From the human T2T-CHM13v2.0 reference genome, Homo sapiens: DNA of 64,000 nt. Below the pieces are notes generated by a model. The model had not been told where the DNA came from. It made no database searches and saw nothing but the letters and a program-made list of their open reading frames with translations. The stretch lies in NCBI RefSeq assembly GCF_009914755.1, contig NC_060936.1; one strand, written 5' to 3'. Shown here piece after piece: positions 1-12,708 of the stretch. Each line of letters opens with the position of its first letter. Within the stretch, counting starts at the first letter, position 1. The position numbers and the translations under genes were made by a program.

Positions 1-835
1 GTGTTGAGGGACTTCTCTGAATTTTTAGTGTTCACTGAAACCTCCAAGATGAGGAGAAAGTGTGCAGCGTGTTCCAAATGTATTTAACGACTAGCGTGCA
101 GGGTTAGTGTTGAGGCAGGTGACTCCCAAAACCCATCTCAGGTCATTCTTTCTCCTTGACATGACCCTGAGTCATGTTAAACTGAGTCTCAGGTCAGTAC
201 GTACCAGACAAAGAAAGAAACTAATGACAGAAACATAACTCAGGACATGTCACTAGTCCAATGACTTCCGATTTCACTGAGATGTTGTTTTCTGTTTTAT
301 GAGAAAGACCTAGCTCCACATATCTAATATTTTCCTTTTTCGCCAGGGCCTTTTACTTCCTTTGTTTTTATTACTAACTTCTTCCCTGTGGTGTTGGTCT
401 TCATCTGTCTTGTGGAGAAAGCTTCTTCATTAAATTCACCAGGGAAGTCTATATTTCCCCGGATCCCATCAGATTTTCACATTCTAACTCTAGGTCTGAC
501 ACATTTCTCAGTAAAGATACATACATCTAATATAAACAAAACCAATACTTTGAGGGGCGTAGGGAAAGTTTCTTAATGAGATAATCTGTTCTTAAAAAGG
601 CAGAGGATACACATCAAAAATAAAAGCTCAGGAACCAAAGATCAGTTATAAATCAGCATGGAGTAAGCAGCAGAGAGAGAAATCCCAGCCCCTCAAAATG
701 CTATGACTCTGCAGCGTGGTTGGAGAATCTACTTCCTGATTTGTTGTCTCAACATAGGGAAATGAATTAGATTTACCTTGTCATCTGAGACTAGCACACA
801 CCAAACAAACAGAGCCTTCCATATTTGCCTGTAAC

Positions 836-1001
836 AGCTGTTCTCAAACTTTTACCAGCATCGTAACCACCCCAAAAGCTTGGTAAAACTGATTACTGGG
901 TCCCACCTCAAGAGTTTCAGATTCTGTAATGCAGGCATTTCTATCAAGAGCCCAGGTGATGCTAACAGTGTTGTTCTGGGAACCACACTTGGAGAATCAG
1001 G
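836..1001. mobile_element. MER5-family hAT-Charlie MITE
   Basis: Terminal 'ttctcaaacttt' ... 'accacacttggagaa', internal 'tcagattctgta' and 'cccaggtgatgct' match my recall of MER5A/B. Confidence 0.7.
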
Positions 1002-1174
1002 CCTAGACAATAGCAAACTAGACCCTGGGGGCAATCTCATAGTGGCAGGCACTTTTTCTTTTTCTTCTTAAGAACATGTGAAAGGCCTTATAGCAAAATG
1101 CTAGACAGCAGACATTTATATGTTCAGAGAGATATTACTGGGCTCAATAAGAAATACTCCACTGTCTGAGGTCC

Positions 1175-1325
1175 TGAAACAATTTACTTACCCTATCTAA
1201 ACTTCAAGCACCCTATCTACAAAATTAGATCAGAACATAACCTGTTGTGAGGATTAAGTAGGGCAACACCTATGAAGCTCTCAACAGAGATCTTGGCATT
1301 CAATAAAGGGTGATCACAGTGAGTG
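1175..1325 (+). mobile_element. MIR SINE fragment
   Basis: 'atctacaaaatt...gttgtgaggattaa...ttcaataaa' degenerate MIR 3' half. Confidence 0.55.
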
Positions 1326-1640
1326 TTGTTTTGTCAGTTTTCAAAAAAATCCTGGTGATATCCTAAACTTCAAGTTCTGCACAAAGAGAGCCTGGGTGTT
1401 TTGAATAGCATTTATCAAAAATCCAATGGGCAAAATGTATTAAATCTCCAGCCTTCCAGGACACGAACCAAGAATTATTATAGAATTCATCTCAAAATCA
1501 CTGAAATTTTTTGTTGTTGTTGTTTTGTTTTGTTTTTTTAAACAAGGCTCCTTTTTGATAGTGGAATGTTTTCTCCAATAGCTTTTGCCTTTAGATGGTT
1601 CCCATCAGCAGCAGCAGGAGTTAGAATTTGGAGCCTGCAG

Positions 1641-1642
<2 letters not shown>

Positions 1643-1671
<29 letters not shown>
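1643..1671 (+). repeat. (A)29 homopolymer
   Basis: Direct count; no SINE/LINE body immediately 5'. Confidence 0.95.
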
Positions 1672-1702
1672 GCAGAAATGCAGAAGTGTTTCTTTACTCA
1701 TT

Positions 1703-1850
1703 ACTAATTGAGCTTCCTTAATCTGAAAATTCGAAATCTGAAATGCACCAATGAGCATTTTCTTTGAGTCTTGGGTCAGTGCTCTAAAAGCTTCAGATTT
1801 TCAAGCATTTCAGATTTTTGGTTTTTAGATTTGGGATACTTGAACTATAC
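1703..1850. mobile_element. Tigger4a/MER46-like TcMar MITE
   Basis: 'aatctgaaaattcgaaatctgaaatgcaccaatgagcatt' with inverted 'gcatttcagatttt...gggatacttgaact'. Confidence 0.7.
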
Positions 1851-1974
1851 TAATGTTAAAATACTTGCCAAATAAGTAGGTCTCTGACCGAGAACAGTCC
1901 TGTATTTCTTGGGCATCCTTGGGTCTCAGTGTAAATAAAATTCTTCAGGGTCTTTTCCCTGATCTGGCCCTCTC

Positions 1975-2185
1975 TCTCTCATTAGGCTACATGCATGCAT
2001 GGTACTTCTTAACATTTTGCACAACTGTAATCATTTCACGAATTATTTGTAAAAATTTGTTTAATGTCTGTTTTCTCTCATCTAACCTTCTTTACCTGAG
2101 AGGACCATGTTTACTAAGTTTTCCACTGTACCTGCTAGAATAAAACCCGGAACGTAGATAGCACATAGTAAATATTTGATGAATG
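1975..2185 (+). mobile_element. L2 3' end
   Basis: Ends 'gcacatagtaaatatttgatgaatg', typical L2 terminus. Confidence 0.6.
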
Positions 2186-3074
2186 TCAGACCAAATGCCC
2201 AAATTCCCATTTTGAATAGCAGAATGAGAAAAGCAATATATTTTTCTTTTACATGTTTCAAGAATATATGTATTTGACAAGAAAAAAATAAGACATAACT
2301 CCTCCAACATGTTTTTGATGATTGGATTTTGGAATTTCCCACCAAATTCAGGACTTTATTAATCCAATTTAAGAGCCAAAAACAAGAGCTCCTAATACAG
2401 GAATTTTTACTTAATAAGAAGGAATGAGCCATTTGGAAATGTTTTATACACATTGGAAAGTCAAATAGTGGTAAAACATCCACAAAGTATTTGGCAAAAT
2501 TCATTCAAGCCAGTTGTATTATTTTCTCTTGAAAACACTGACCTTTTTCCTTATTACTTTGTTTATGCCCTCCAATATGGATATAAATGTAAATGTATTT
2601 CTGGGCCTTTGCTTTTCTTTTCTTATTTTAAATTACCTCTCCCCTTCACCACAAATTGTATACTTGGAGTTCCATTTGTGGCCAAAATGCAATTGTTTAA
2701 TTGTGCAATATGCAATTTGTAATATAATTATGCTGGTCAAATTATTTCCTGGGCTTCTCAATTACTGTGATTACATTTGTTAAGTTTACAAGCCACATGC
2801 TATTATTCTTCCTTCCCTCTGGCTGGTAAATAGTTTTATTTTGCTTTTAGTTCTAGGGTTCAGGGCTTTGAGTGGGTGTCTTGAGGGGGAGTAAAATTTG
2901 ATATCTTGTTTCTACCATTACAGCCCCACTTGTGTTAATGAAGATGGGAGCTGAAGCTGAAAAACCACAAATGAATTTTACTGTTATGCATCCACTCAAC
3001 ACTTAGGAAGAGAGATTGATGATAGCACATTTCAAATTCATCTTCCAGAACATTCCATCTCAGATAGAAAAAAT

Positions 3075-3190
3075 GGCCAACGTTTATTGGATGCTTTCTA
3101 TGTGTCAGGCACTAGACTAAGCAAGCACTTTACACACATTTAAATATTTATCTTCAGAACAAACCTGTGAGGTTAATACCATATTTGTCA
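3075..3190 (-). mobile_element. MIR (left part; resumes at ~6330)
   Basis: 'tttattggatgctttctatgtgtcaggcact...aacctgtgaggt'. Confidence 0.7.
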
Positions 3191-3193
3191 TGG

Positions 3194-3700
3194 TGTCTCG
3201 GTCTAAGTTCCCCAAAAAGCAGACAAAGCGCTTGCATGCAGGTCGTTTATTTTATGGAACAATCACAAGGGAAAAAGAGTGGGGACTGGGAAGAGTGAAA
3301 CAGGGAAGAATGGAAAGCCAGCCCAAGGGTGTGCTGTCTGGCTGATTTACTGTGCGGGCAACTGGAGTTCTAACTGGTGAGGACAGCTCTGAGGAATGTT
3401 GCGGAAAGTGCTCCAGAATTATGTGTCTGAGGCTCTGAGGAGGAGAGTATTTTTCCCTTGTATCCCGCCATTCTTGGTCAAGAGTTTTCCCATAGACTAT
3501 TAAGGCAGTAACATTTACAGGGTTGCAATGAGTGAGAGGAAGGAGTCCTGCAGGTAACCTATGTGGCTGCATCAGAGAAGCCATGGGAAAGAAAGTCAGG
3601 TGTGCGAAGGGCAGCTGAGGGGAACTGCCATCAACTATACCTAGAGTAATAAAATGGTGGGCCAAGATGACATGAAGTGAGGCACAACAGATGTCCTGTA
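3194..3700 (-). mobile_element. ERVL LTR, LTR33-like
   Basis: 'aagttccccaaaaagcagac...tttatt...ggaaagccagcccaagggtgtg...ctgtgcgggcaactgg' resembles LTR33 consensus as I recall it. Confidence 0.6.
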
Positions 3701-3749
3701 AGTACTGTTTTTCTTTTTCTGACATTAGTATTTCTTTTATTCATCAACA

Positions 3750-6323
3750 TTTTTACAGCCTTATTGATGTATAATTGATAAACAAAAATGCACATATTTA
3801 ATATATACAATTTGATGAGTTTGGACATATGCACACACCCAGGACACCATCACCACAATCAAGGTAATAAACATATCCATCACCTCCAAAAGTTTCCTTA
3901 TGTTCCTCAACTTTGTGTGTGTGGAGCAGGGGGCATGGTAGGAACACTTAACAAAATTTTTAATGCATAATGACATCTTATTGTTAACTACAGGCACTAT
4001 GTTGCACAGCAGATCTCCAGAACTTATTCATCTTGTATAACTATATCTTTACACCCGTTGAAAAACTCCTCACTTCCCCTTGTCCCCTTCCCCTGGCAAC
4101 CACCATTCTATTTTTTGCATCTGTAAGTTTGATTTTCTTAGATACTTCATATAAGTGGAATCATGCAGTTATTTGTCCTTCTGTGACTGACTTACTTCAC
4201 TTAGCAGAATATCCTCAAGGATTATTCATGTTGTCACAAATGATAGGATTTCCTCATTTTTTAAGGTTAAGTCATATTCCAGTGTAGCATATACCACATT
4301 TTCTTTATCCATTTGTCTGTATTTAGACATCTAGGTGGTTTTCATACCTTGGCTATCGTGAATAATGCTGTAATGAACATGGAAGTATAGATATCTCTTT
4401 GAAATCTTGATTTCAATTATTGTGGATCTATACCCAGCATGGAATTGCTGGATCTTATGACAGTTCTATTTTGACTTTTGAAGAGCCTCCATACTGTTTT
4501 CTATAGTGGCCGCACAATTTTACATTCCAACCAACAATGTACAAGAATTTCAGTTTCTCCACATTCTTGCCAATACTTACTACCTTTTTTTTCTTTTTGA
4601 TAATAGGCATTCTCACAGGTGTGAGGTAATATCTCATTGTGGTTTTGATTTGCATTTCCCTGATGTACATTTTCATATTTGTGAAGCACTTTTTCATGTA
4701 CTTGTTGGCCATTTGTATGTCTTCTTTGTATACAAATGTCTGTTCAGGTTCTTTGTCCATTTTTTAATTGGGATATTTGTTTTCTTGTTACTATGTTGTT
4801 TGAGTTCCTTATATATTTAGATATTAATTCCTTAAGAGGTATATGGCTTTCAAATATTTTCTCCCATTCCTTGGGTTATCTTTTCCCTCTGTCGATTGTT
4901 TCCTTTGCCGTGCAGAAGCCTTTTGGTTTGATGTGGTCCCACTTGTCCATTTTTTTGCTTTTGTCACTAGTGCTTTTGGTGTCATATCTATGAAATCATT
5001 GCACAAGAACAATGTCATGAAACTTTTCCCTGAAGTTTTCTTATAGGAGTTTTATATTTTCAGGTCTTACATTTAAGTATTTAACCCATTTTGAGTTGAT
5101 TTTTGATATGGTTTAAGGTAAGGGTCCAACTTTATCCTGCATGTGGATATCCCGTTTCCTCAACACCCTCTGTTTAAGGAGGTATTCTTTCCCCATTGTG
5201 TATTCTATGCACCCTTGTCAAATGTCAGTTGGCCAGCTATGCATGGGTTTATTTCTGGGCTGTCTATTTTTTTCACTGGTCTCTATGTTGTCTTTATGCC
5301 AGTACCATATGTTTTAATTACTGTAGCTTTTTGATGTATTTTGAAATCAGGTAGTGTAATCCCTACAGCTTTTTTCTTCTTTCTCAAGATTGCTATGGCC
5401 ATTAAGGGCCTTTTGTTGTTTCATGTGACTTTTAGGATTTTTTTCCTATTTTTATATGTAATACTTTTTGGGATTCTGATGGAAATAGCATTGAATCTGT
5501 AGATCACTTTGTGGAAAATGGACATTTTAACAATATTAAGTCTTCCAATTCATAAACCTAGGATGTCTTTACATTTATTTGTGTCTTCTTTAATTTCTTT
5601 CATCAGTGTTTTGCAGTTTTTAGTGTACAAGTCTTTTACCTCCTTGGCTAAGTTTATTTCTATTTTGTTATTTTTAATGCTATTCTAAGTAGAATTATTT
5701 TCTGAATTTCCTTTTCAGATACTTCATTGTTAAAATATAGAAGCATGTATGTATATTTCTAACTATGAAATCATGCCATTTGTGAACACAGATAATTTTT
5801 TTTCTTCCTTTCCAATTTGGATGCCTTTTATTTATTTTGCTTCCCTAGTAGTTCTGACCAGGACTTTCAGTGTTATGTTCATAGAAGAGACAAGAGTAGG
5901 CATTATTTACTTGTTCCTGATCTTAGAGGAAAAGCTTTTAGTTTTTCATTGTTGAATTTGATGTTAGCTTCAGGTTTGTCATATATGGCCTTTTTTATGT
6001 TGAGATATATTCTTTCCATACTTTGTTGAGTGTTTTTAACAAGAAAGGGTGTTAAACTTTGTTAAAGACTTTATCTATTGAGATGCTCATGTGATTTTTA
6101 CCCTGCATTCTATTAATGTGGTATATCACATTCATTGATTTGCTTATGTTGATCCAACCTTGCATCTCTGGGATAAATCCCACATGATCATGGTATATGA
6201 TCCCTTTAATGTGCTTTGAATTCAGTTTGCTAGTACTTTTTTGAAGACTTTTACATCTATATTTAGCAGGGAAATTGGTCTGTCATTTTTTTCTTGTATT
6301 TTCCTTATCTGGCTTTGATATCA
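3750..6323 (-). mobile_element. 5'-truncated L1 (L1MA9/L1MB-type): 3'UTR plus ORF2 C-terminal part
   Basis: ORF 4455..4760(-) '[14 protein letters not shown]...[18 protein letters not shown]' is L1 ORF2 C-terminus; 3'UTR 'aatttgatgagtttggacatatgc'; possible diverged TSD atcaacattttt / atcaaacttttt. Confidence 0.9.
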
Positions 6324-6329
6324 AACTTT

Positions 6330-6420
6330 TTAAATTAGAAAATTGAGGCTTGGAGAGCTTGTTCAAAGATACAGAATTAGTATCCAGCAGAGTTCATTGT
6401 CTTACACTCAGATTTCAGCC
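6330..6420 (-). mobile_element. MIR (right part of element split by LTR and L1)
   Basis: 'gaaaattgaggcttggagag...ttgttcaaagatacag' continues MIR core. Confidence 0.55.
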
Positions 6421-7628
6421 TGTATTAGTGTACTAGGGCTGCTGTAACAAATCGCCTCAAACAAGATAACTTATGACAGAAATGTCGTTCCTCTCACAGT
6501 TCCTTTTTGTAATTATTTTCAAAAGTTTTTGGGGTACAGGTTTTTTGGTTACATGGATAAGTTCTTTAGTGGCAATTGCCGAGATTTTGGTTTACCTGTC
6601 ACCCAAGCAGTGTACACTGTACCCAATATGCAGTCTTTTATCCCTCACCACCCTTCCACCCTTCCCCCCAAGTCCCTAAAGTCCATTATGTCTATTATAC
6701 AATTCTTATGCCTTTGCATCTTCATAGCTTAGCTACCACTTATAAGTGAGAATATATGATGTTTGGTTTTCCATTCCTGAGTTACCTCACTTAGGATAAT
6801 GACCACCAGCTCCATCCAAGTTGCTGAAAAGGCCATTATTTCATTCTGTTTTATGGCTAAGTTGTATTCCATGGTGTATATATACCACATTTTCTTTATC
6901 CACTCATTGGTTGATGGACATTTAGATTGGTTCCATATGTTTGCAATTGTGAATTATGCTGCTACAAACATGCATGTGTGTGTGTCTTTTTCATATAATG
7001 GTTTCTTTTTGGGTAGTTACCCAGTAGTGGGATTGCTGGATTGAATGGTAGTTCTACTTTTAGTTCTTTAAGGAATCTTCATACTGTTTTTCATAGTGGT
7101 TATGCTAGTTTACATTCCCACCAGAAAAGTAAAAGTGTTTCCTTTTTACCACATCCACACCAACATCTATTATTTTTTAACTTTTTAATTATGGTCATTC
7201 TTGCAGGAGTAAGGTGGTATCTCATTATCTCTCACAGTTCTTGAGGACAGACATTTGTAACCGAAGGGCCAACAGGGCCATGCTCCCACTGAAGGCTCTA
7301 GGGAAGAATCCTCTTCTAGCTTCTGGTGGGTGCTGGCAATGCTTGGCATTCCTTGTCTTGTGGCAACACCACTCTGATCTCTGCCTTCATCTTCACATGA
7401 CCATATTCCTATTATGTCTGTGTGCCTGTTTTCACATTTCTCTTTTCTTATAAAGAACCAGTCATATTGGACTTAGGAAGTACCTTCATCCAGTATGATC
7501 TGATCATAACTTGATTATGTCTGCAAAGACTAGGGTCCAAATAAGATTCTAAATAAGGTTTCAAATAAAATTATATTCACAGGTTTTGGGTAGATATGAC
7601 TTATGGGGGAACACTGTTCAAGCCAGTC
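6421..7628 (-). mobile_element. MLT1A/B MaLR LTR, interrupted by L1PB
   Basis: 'tgtattag...ggctgctgtaacaaa' start; 'gaaggctctagggaagaatcc', 'tctgcaaagac' in the downstream part. Confidence 0.8.
6503..7228 (-). mobile_element. L1PB-type 3' fragment with 12-bp TSD
   Basis: 'ggttacatggataagttctttagtgg' L1PB 3'UTR; TSD ctctcacagttc at 6491-6502 and 7229-7240. Confidence 0.9.
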
Positions 7629-8149
7629 AAAGTTCTTCTTAGGAAATATGTGAAAACTGTGTTTTAATATTTTTATGCATATGTTAATTTCCTTAATTCA
7701 ATACTAGGAATGTTTGAATACCATTCCCTAGAAGAGTAGGTTTTTATTGTTCTCATTTAAAGAAAGCTTTGTGTTCTATATGCCTTCAGCCTTCTCAGAT
7801 GTCTCTCCAAGAAGATAATTCGACCAGCTGATTAGGAACCATTGCAGCACCCCATTTTAGGGCTAATTCAGTCCCAGCCAGAGTTCACCTTGAACCCACA
7901 GTTATTGCAAGGGTGACTGAGGTGACTACCTAGAACAGATGGGCAGACATTGGAGAAGTGCCCAGACCTTTACACTGGATTCATCAATTTGAGAAAATTC
8001 TTTATTGTCAGGTTTTGGTAAAATTGGCTGCTTTAAGAAATTGACAGGAGTTCTACTAGCATCATTAGGCATGTCAGATTTGATCATGTTTATTTTGCCT
8101 AGGTTTCTGTTGTGGTTGAGTGAAATAGATCAAGTGTTAAAGTTATTTT

Positions 8150-8710
8150 ATGCAGCTATGATTAGACATTTTTCCCTAACCTTTATATATGTTATATTTA
8201 ATCTTCACAACACCCTGTTAAGATAGTTAGCATCACTCCTATTATTTAAGAAAGCTAAACTTCCAAAAGATAATAAATTTACACAGGTCATAGCCAATTA
8301 ATAGTAAAGCTAGGGATTGATACAAGATTTTTATGACTCTAGAACCTGGGATACTCTTTAATATCAAGCTGCTTTTCACCTGATCCACAGATATGAAATG
8401 CCTTCAGTAATGCTATTTAATGCTCAATGCTCACTTTCCTTGCTTTCAAAATGTTTACATAAAGATACATGAAAATTATGAACCAATGTAATAGCAGCTA
8501 TCAACCATCAATAAGTCTCCTTCCATGTATAAGCACCTTATACAAATAAAGTTGAAAATATTTTTCCTGGTATAACAGAATCAAAACTCAGAGAGTTTAA
8601 GTTACTTGCTCAAGTAGATCATAAAGGTGACAAATGCTAGACAAAGACTCAACCCAAGTTTTGCTTACCCTTAAGCCTGCCCTCTCAACTACTTCATATA
8701 TTGCTTCTCA
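8150..8710 (-). mobile_element. Two degenerate MIR fragments (~8150-8365, ~8485-8710)
   Basis: 'tttaatcttcacaacaccctg', 'actcagagagtttaagttacttgctcaag'. Confidence 0.55.
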
Positions 8711-9333
8711 GCATCAAAGCTTTAAACAAACAACATGGGAGCTCAAAGTAAACCTTCATTTTGAATAGGGGAATTGGAGCCTTTATGCAGAGGTGACATT
8801 TGAGGAAAGTGTTAAAGCATGAGAAAGATTATGATTGCTAACGAATGGTAAGAAGAGTCCAAATATTCACTCATTCATCCACTCATTCAATACATATTTT
8901 ATAGAGCACATGCTTTGTACCAGGCACTGTGCTAGTGACTGAATGCACATGATAGCCGTGATCTCTGTCCTTGTGGAGCTGAGGACCAACTTGGAGAGTA
9001 GACAATAGCCAAACTTAATAATATCTGAACTCATGACAAATGCTGTCAGCACTGTGTAGGAAACAAAATAAGTTGTGAAAAGGGAACCTTCCTTAGTGAA
9101 GGTCAGGTAAGGCCTCTCTGAAAAAGTTACATAGAAACTGATCCCTACCTACATGTGAGAAGTAACTAATCCTTCAAGAGCTGAGGGAAGACTGCTCCAA
9201 TCAAAGGAATCTGTGCAAAGCTTGGAGTGAAGAAAGAAACTTGATTCTGAGGAGCCTGGTGAATGAGGGAGAGAGAAGAGCAACAGGATGAGCTGGGAAG
9301 CAGTCAGGCTAGCACAGGGTCTCCGAGGCATGA

Positions 9334-9717
<384 letters not shown>

Positions 9718-9737
9718 ATATCATTCTTATTCTTATA

Positions 9738-10012
9738 TTTTGGAGACAGGGTCTTGCTCTGTTGTCCAGGCTGGAATATGGTAGCACAATCATAGCTCCC
9801 TGTTACCTCAAAATCCTGACTCAAGCGATCCTCCCACCTCAGCCTCCTGAGTAGCTAGGACTACAGGCATATACCACCATGCCTGGCTAATTTTTAAGTT
9901 TTTTGTAGAGCTGTATTTTCCAGACTGGTCTCAAACTCCTGGCCTCAAGCAATCCTCCTGCCTCAGCTTCCCAAAGTGCTGAGATTACAGGTGTGAGCCA
10001 CCATGCCCAGTC
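9738..10012 (-). mobile_element. AluJ-type
   Basis: 'cacaatcatagctc', 'ctcaagcgatcctcccacctcagcc' J diagnostics. Confidence 0.9.
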
Positions 10013-10949
10013 CCAACTATGTTTCTAAACTATCAGTCTGGTCATCCAGTCAAGAGCAGTCATGCAAGGCCAGTTAAGAGGTGATAGCTGTAACTCATGC
10101 AAAAGATACTGGTGGGGGCCAAGGTACGGTTGTGGAGAGGGTGAGAACGAGAGATTATTTGAGGATAGTGTTGATTATTTATGCTGATGGACTGGATATG
10201 AGAAGAGGAAACATAAAGAGAGAGGAGCAAAATTAAGGATCATACCCAGATTTCTGGCTTGAAATTAGGCAGAGTGGGGTTCCATTGACTAAGACTGCAA
10301 TAGAGATGGGCAGATGAAATAACTGAGGCAATGCATGTGGAGGGGTGAGGGGAATGAAGGGATCTCTTACTTATGATAAGTAATTTATTTGGATATACAA
10401 TGACATGCCACCTCTAAGTCATAAACCAATTAAGACAAAGGCTGAAGGTGGGTACCAACTTCCCATTCGTCTTCCAAGTCAACCTAGCCCAACTGACATC
10501 TCCCTTCAGCCTCCTTTCTTTGAGTGTCCACTGAGGACAGTGCAGGAATAAATTCTGCAGATGAAAAATAAAGAAAATAATAACAAGTCAACTGGCTCAG
10601 ATTCTGCATGTAAATGAGAATAATTGACAGTAGTGAGGGAAAACCAGAAGAGGCAATAATATCTTCTGAAAGGAGAGGAGGACGATGGAAGAAAGCTTTC
10701 TACAGGTGGTGAACTATGTGCTGGCTTTGTAAATGTTGAATTGACATGGGGAGAAGACAAGACATAGCATCCTAAGCAGAGTAAAGAGTATGGACAAAAG
10801 ATGAAGGCACAGTTGTACATGACATTCTTAGGGGGAAAGCTAGCTGTTCTAAGGGAAGGATTTAGGATTAAAGGGATGATATATTTGGGGTCTATTCATA
10901 ATATCTGTAACCAACCAAATGCTCTACCACACTTACATATATCCCATTG

Positions 10950-11055
10950 TTCTCTCTCTCTGTCTCTCATACACACACACACTCTCTCTCACACACATAC
11001 AAACACACTCTCACACACACACACACTCCCTCTCTCACACACACACACTCTCTCC

Positions 11056-11091
<36 letters not shown>
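10950..11091. repeat. Compound (CT)n/(CA)n microsatellite
   Basis: Directly visible. Confidence 0.95.
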
Positions 11092-11910
11092 ATCCTGTAA
11101 TGCTGTTTCTCATCTTAATGCTGCAAATTCCTCCTCATCTGTGCCTGGAGGGAAGAGAAGTAAGGGAGAAAAAGGTTATGTAGATAAATTGTTCCCAAAT
11201 GCAGCTAAAGATAGCTCTGAACAGGTGGATCTTAGTGAAGACAGCTTTCGCAATTCAGAGCATAATTTCTTTCCCGTTTCCATCAAGACCACCCAGCCGC
11301 CGGTCTTTACCCCTTCAAATCATCATAACGTCAAGCCAGATTCACCTTCTGGGAAAAATATATCACATCTGGGTATATCACGTCACTCCCCTGTTAAAAA
11401 TCTTCCCTTAGTTTTCCAATCGAGGAGCTCCCGCTGTTCTCAATAACCATGAAGCCCAGCTGAGGGTATATTGCATCAGGTGGGGGTGGTAATCCCTCTA
11501 AAAATTTTTAAAGGAAATAGAATTATACAAGGAAGGACATTGAGTAAATATATTCACCTGAGTATGACTCACCTAGCATTCATAGATAACAGCAACATTC
11601 ATAGATAACAGCAACATATTTGATAGTTTCTATCCTAATGATTTGGGATGTTGGCATGGGAGAGAATTGTCTATCAATACCACCATTTAATATGTTTGTT
11701 GTTTTGGAAGACGGTATGTGGGAGGAAACCTGAGACAGGTGGTTGCACTATATTTACATCTAGCTGCTGTTGTTCCTTCATAATCAAAAGTGACTACCAG
11801 CGATAACTGCTATCTTCTGGTGCAGGTGTGAGTGAAAAGACAGATTTGAGCCAATGGTCCCCATGCATGCTGCTTGCCCATAAAGATGGAACCTTGATTT
11901 GTGGGTTTTA

Positions 11911-12135
11911 CAGCAATTACTGTCTAGAGCAGCACAATCCAGGAGAACTTTCTGCAGTGACAAGAATGTTCTCTATCTGCGCTGTCCCATGTGGTAACTG
12001 TGACCCACATGTGGCTGTCAGCACTGTTATTGTGGCTAGCGCAACTGAGGAATTGAACTTTTTATTTTATTTAACCATAACTAGTTTAAATTAGTATAGC
12101 CATATGTGGTGGCTAATGCAACCATATTCTAGACC
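11911..12135. mobile_element. MER3 hAT-Charlie MITE
   Basis: 'agaactttctgcagtga...tatctgcgctgtcc...ccacatgtggct...actgaggaattgaa'. Confidence 0.85.
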
Positions 12136-12164
12136 TACCAAGATTCCCTCTCCTAGTCCTGGGT

Positions 12165-12167
<3 letters not shown>

Positions 12168-12219
<52 letters not shown>
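12168..12219. repeat. (GT)26 microsatellite, Z-DNA prone
   Basis: Direct count. Confidence 0.95.
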
Positions 12220-12222
<3 letters not shown>

Positions 12223-12230
12223 TAGGTGGT

Positions 12231-12708
12231 TGTACTACTTTAAAGTGAGGCTGCCCTAACAAATTACCACAAACTGGGTTGCACACAGCAACAGAAGTGC
12301 ATCCTCTAATATTTGCAGAGGCCAGAAATCCAAAATCAAGTCATCAGGGTTGGTTCCTTCTGGAGATTCTGAAGGAGAAGCTATTCATGCCTGGCTCCTA
12401 GCTTCTGACAGTTACCAGTAAATCTTAGTGTCCTCTGACTTGTAGACACTTCACTCCGATCTCTGCCTCTGTCTTCACATCACCTACTTCTCTGTGTCTC
12501 TGTGTTTTTATGTCTCAAATATCTCTCTCCTTTCTATTACTGGGACACCAATCTTGGATTTAGGGTCCACCTACATCCACAATGATCTTATCTCAAGATC
12601 CTTAATTACATCTGCAAAGATCGTATTTCCAAATAAGGACACTTTCACAGGTACCAATGGTTAGCACTTGAACAAGTCTTTGAGGGAGACACAATTTAAT
12701 CCACTTCA
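12231..12708 (-). mobile_element. MLT1B-like solo LTR with 5-bp TSD
   Basis: TG...CA termini; TSD gtggt at 12226-12230 and 12709-12713; 'tacatctgcaaagatcgtatttccaaataagg'. Confidence 0.9.

Noticed and set aside
156-180. TGAGTCA AP-1 site inside a 10-bp imperfect inverted repeat
   Set aside because: Single short motif with no supporting context
3252-3725. 157-aa ORF
   Set aside because: Lies within the LTR33-like element; no domain recognisable
10801-11446. 175-aa ORF and overlapping His/Thr/Ser ORFs
   Set aside because: N-terminal half is the CA/CT microsatellite; the remainder resembles no protein I recognise
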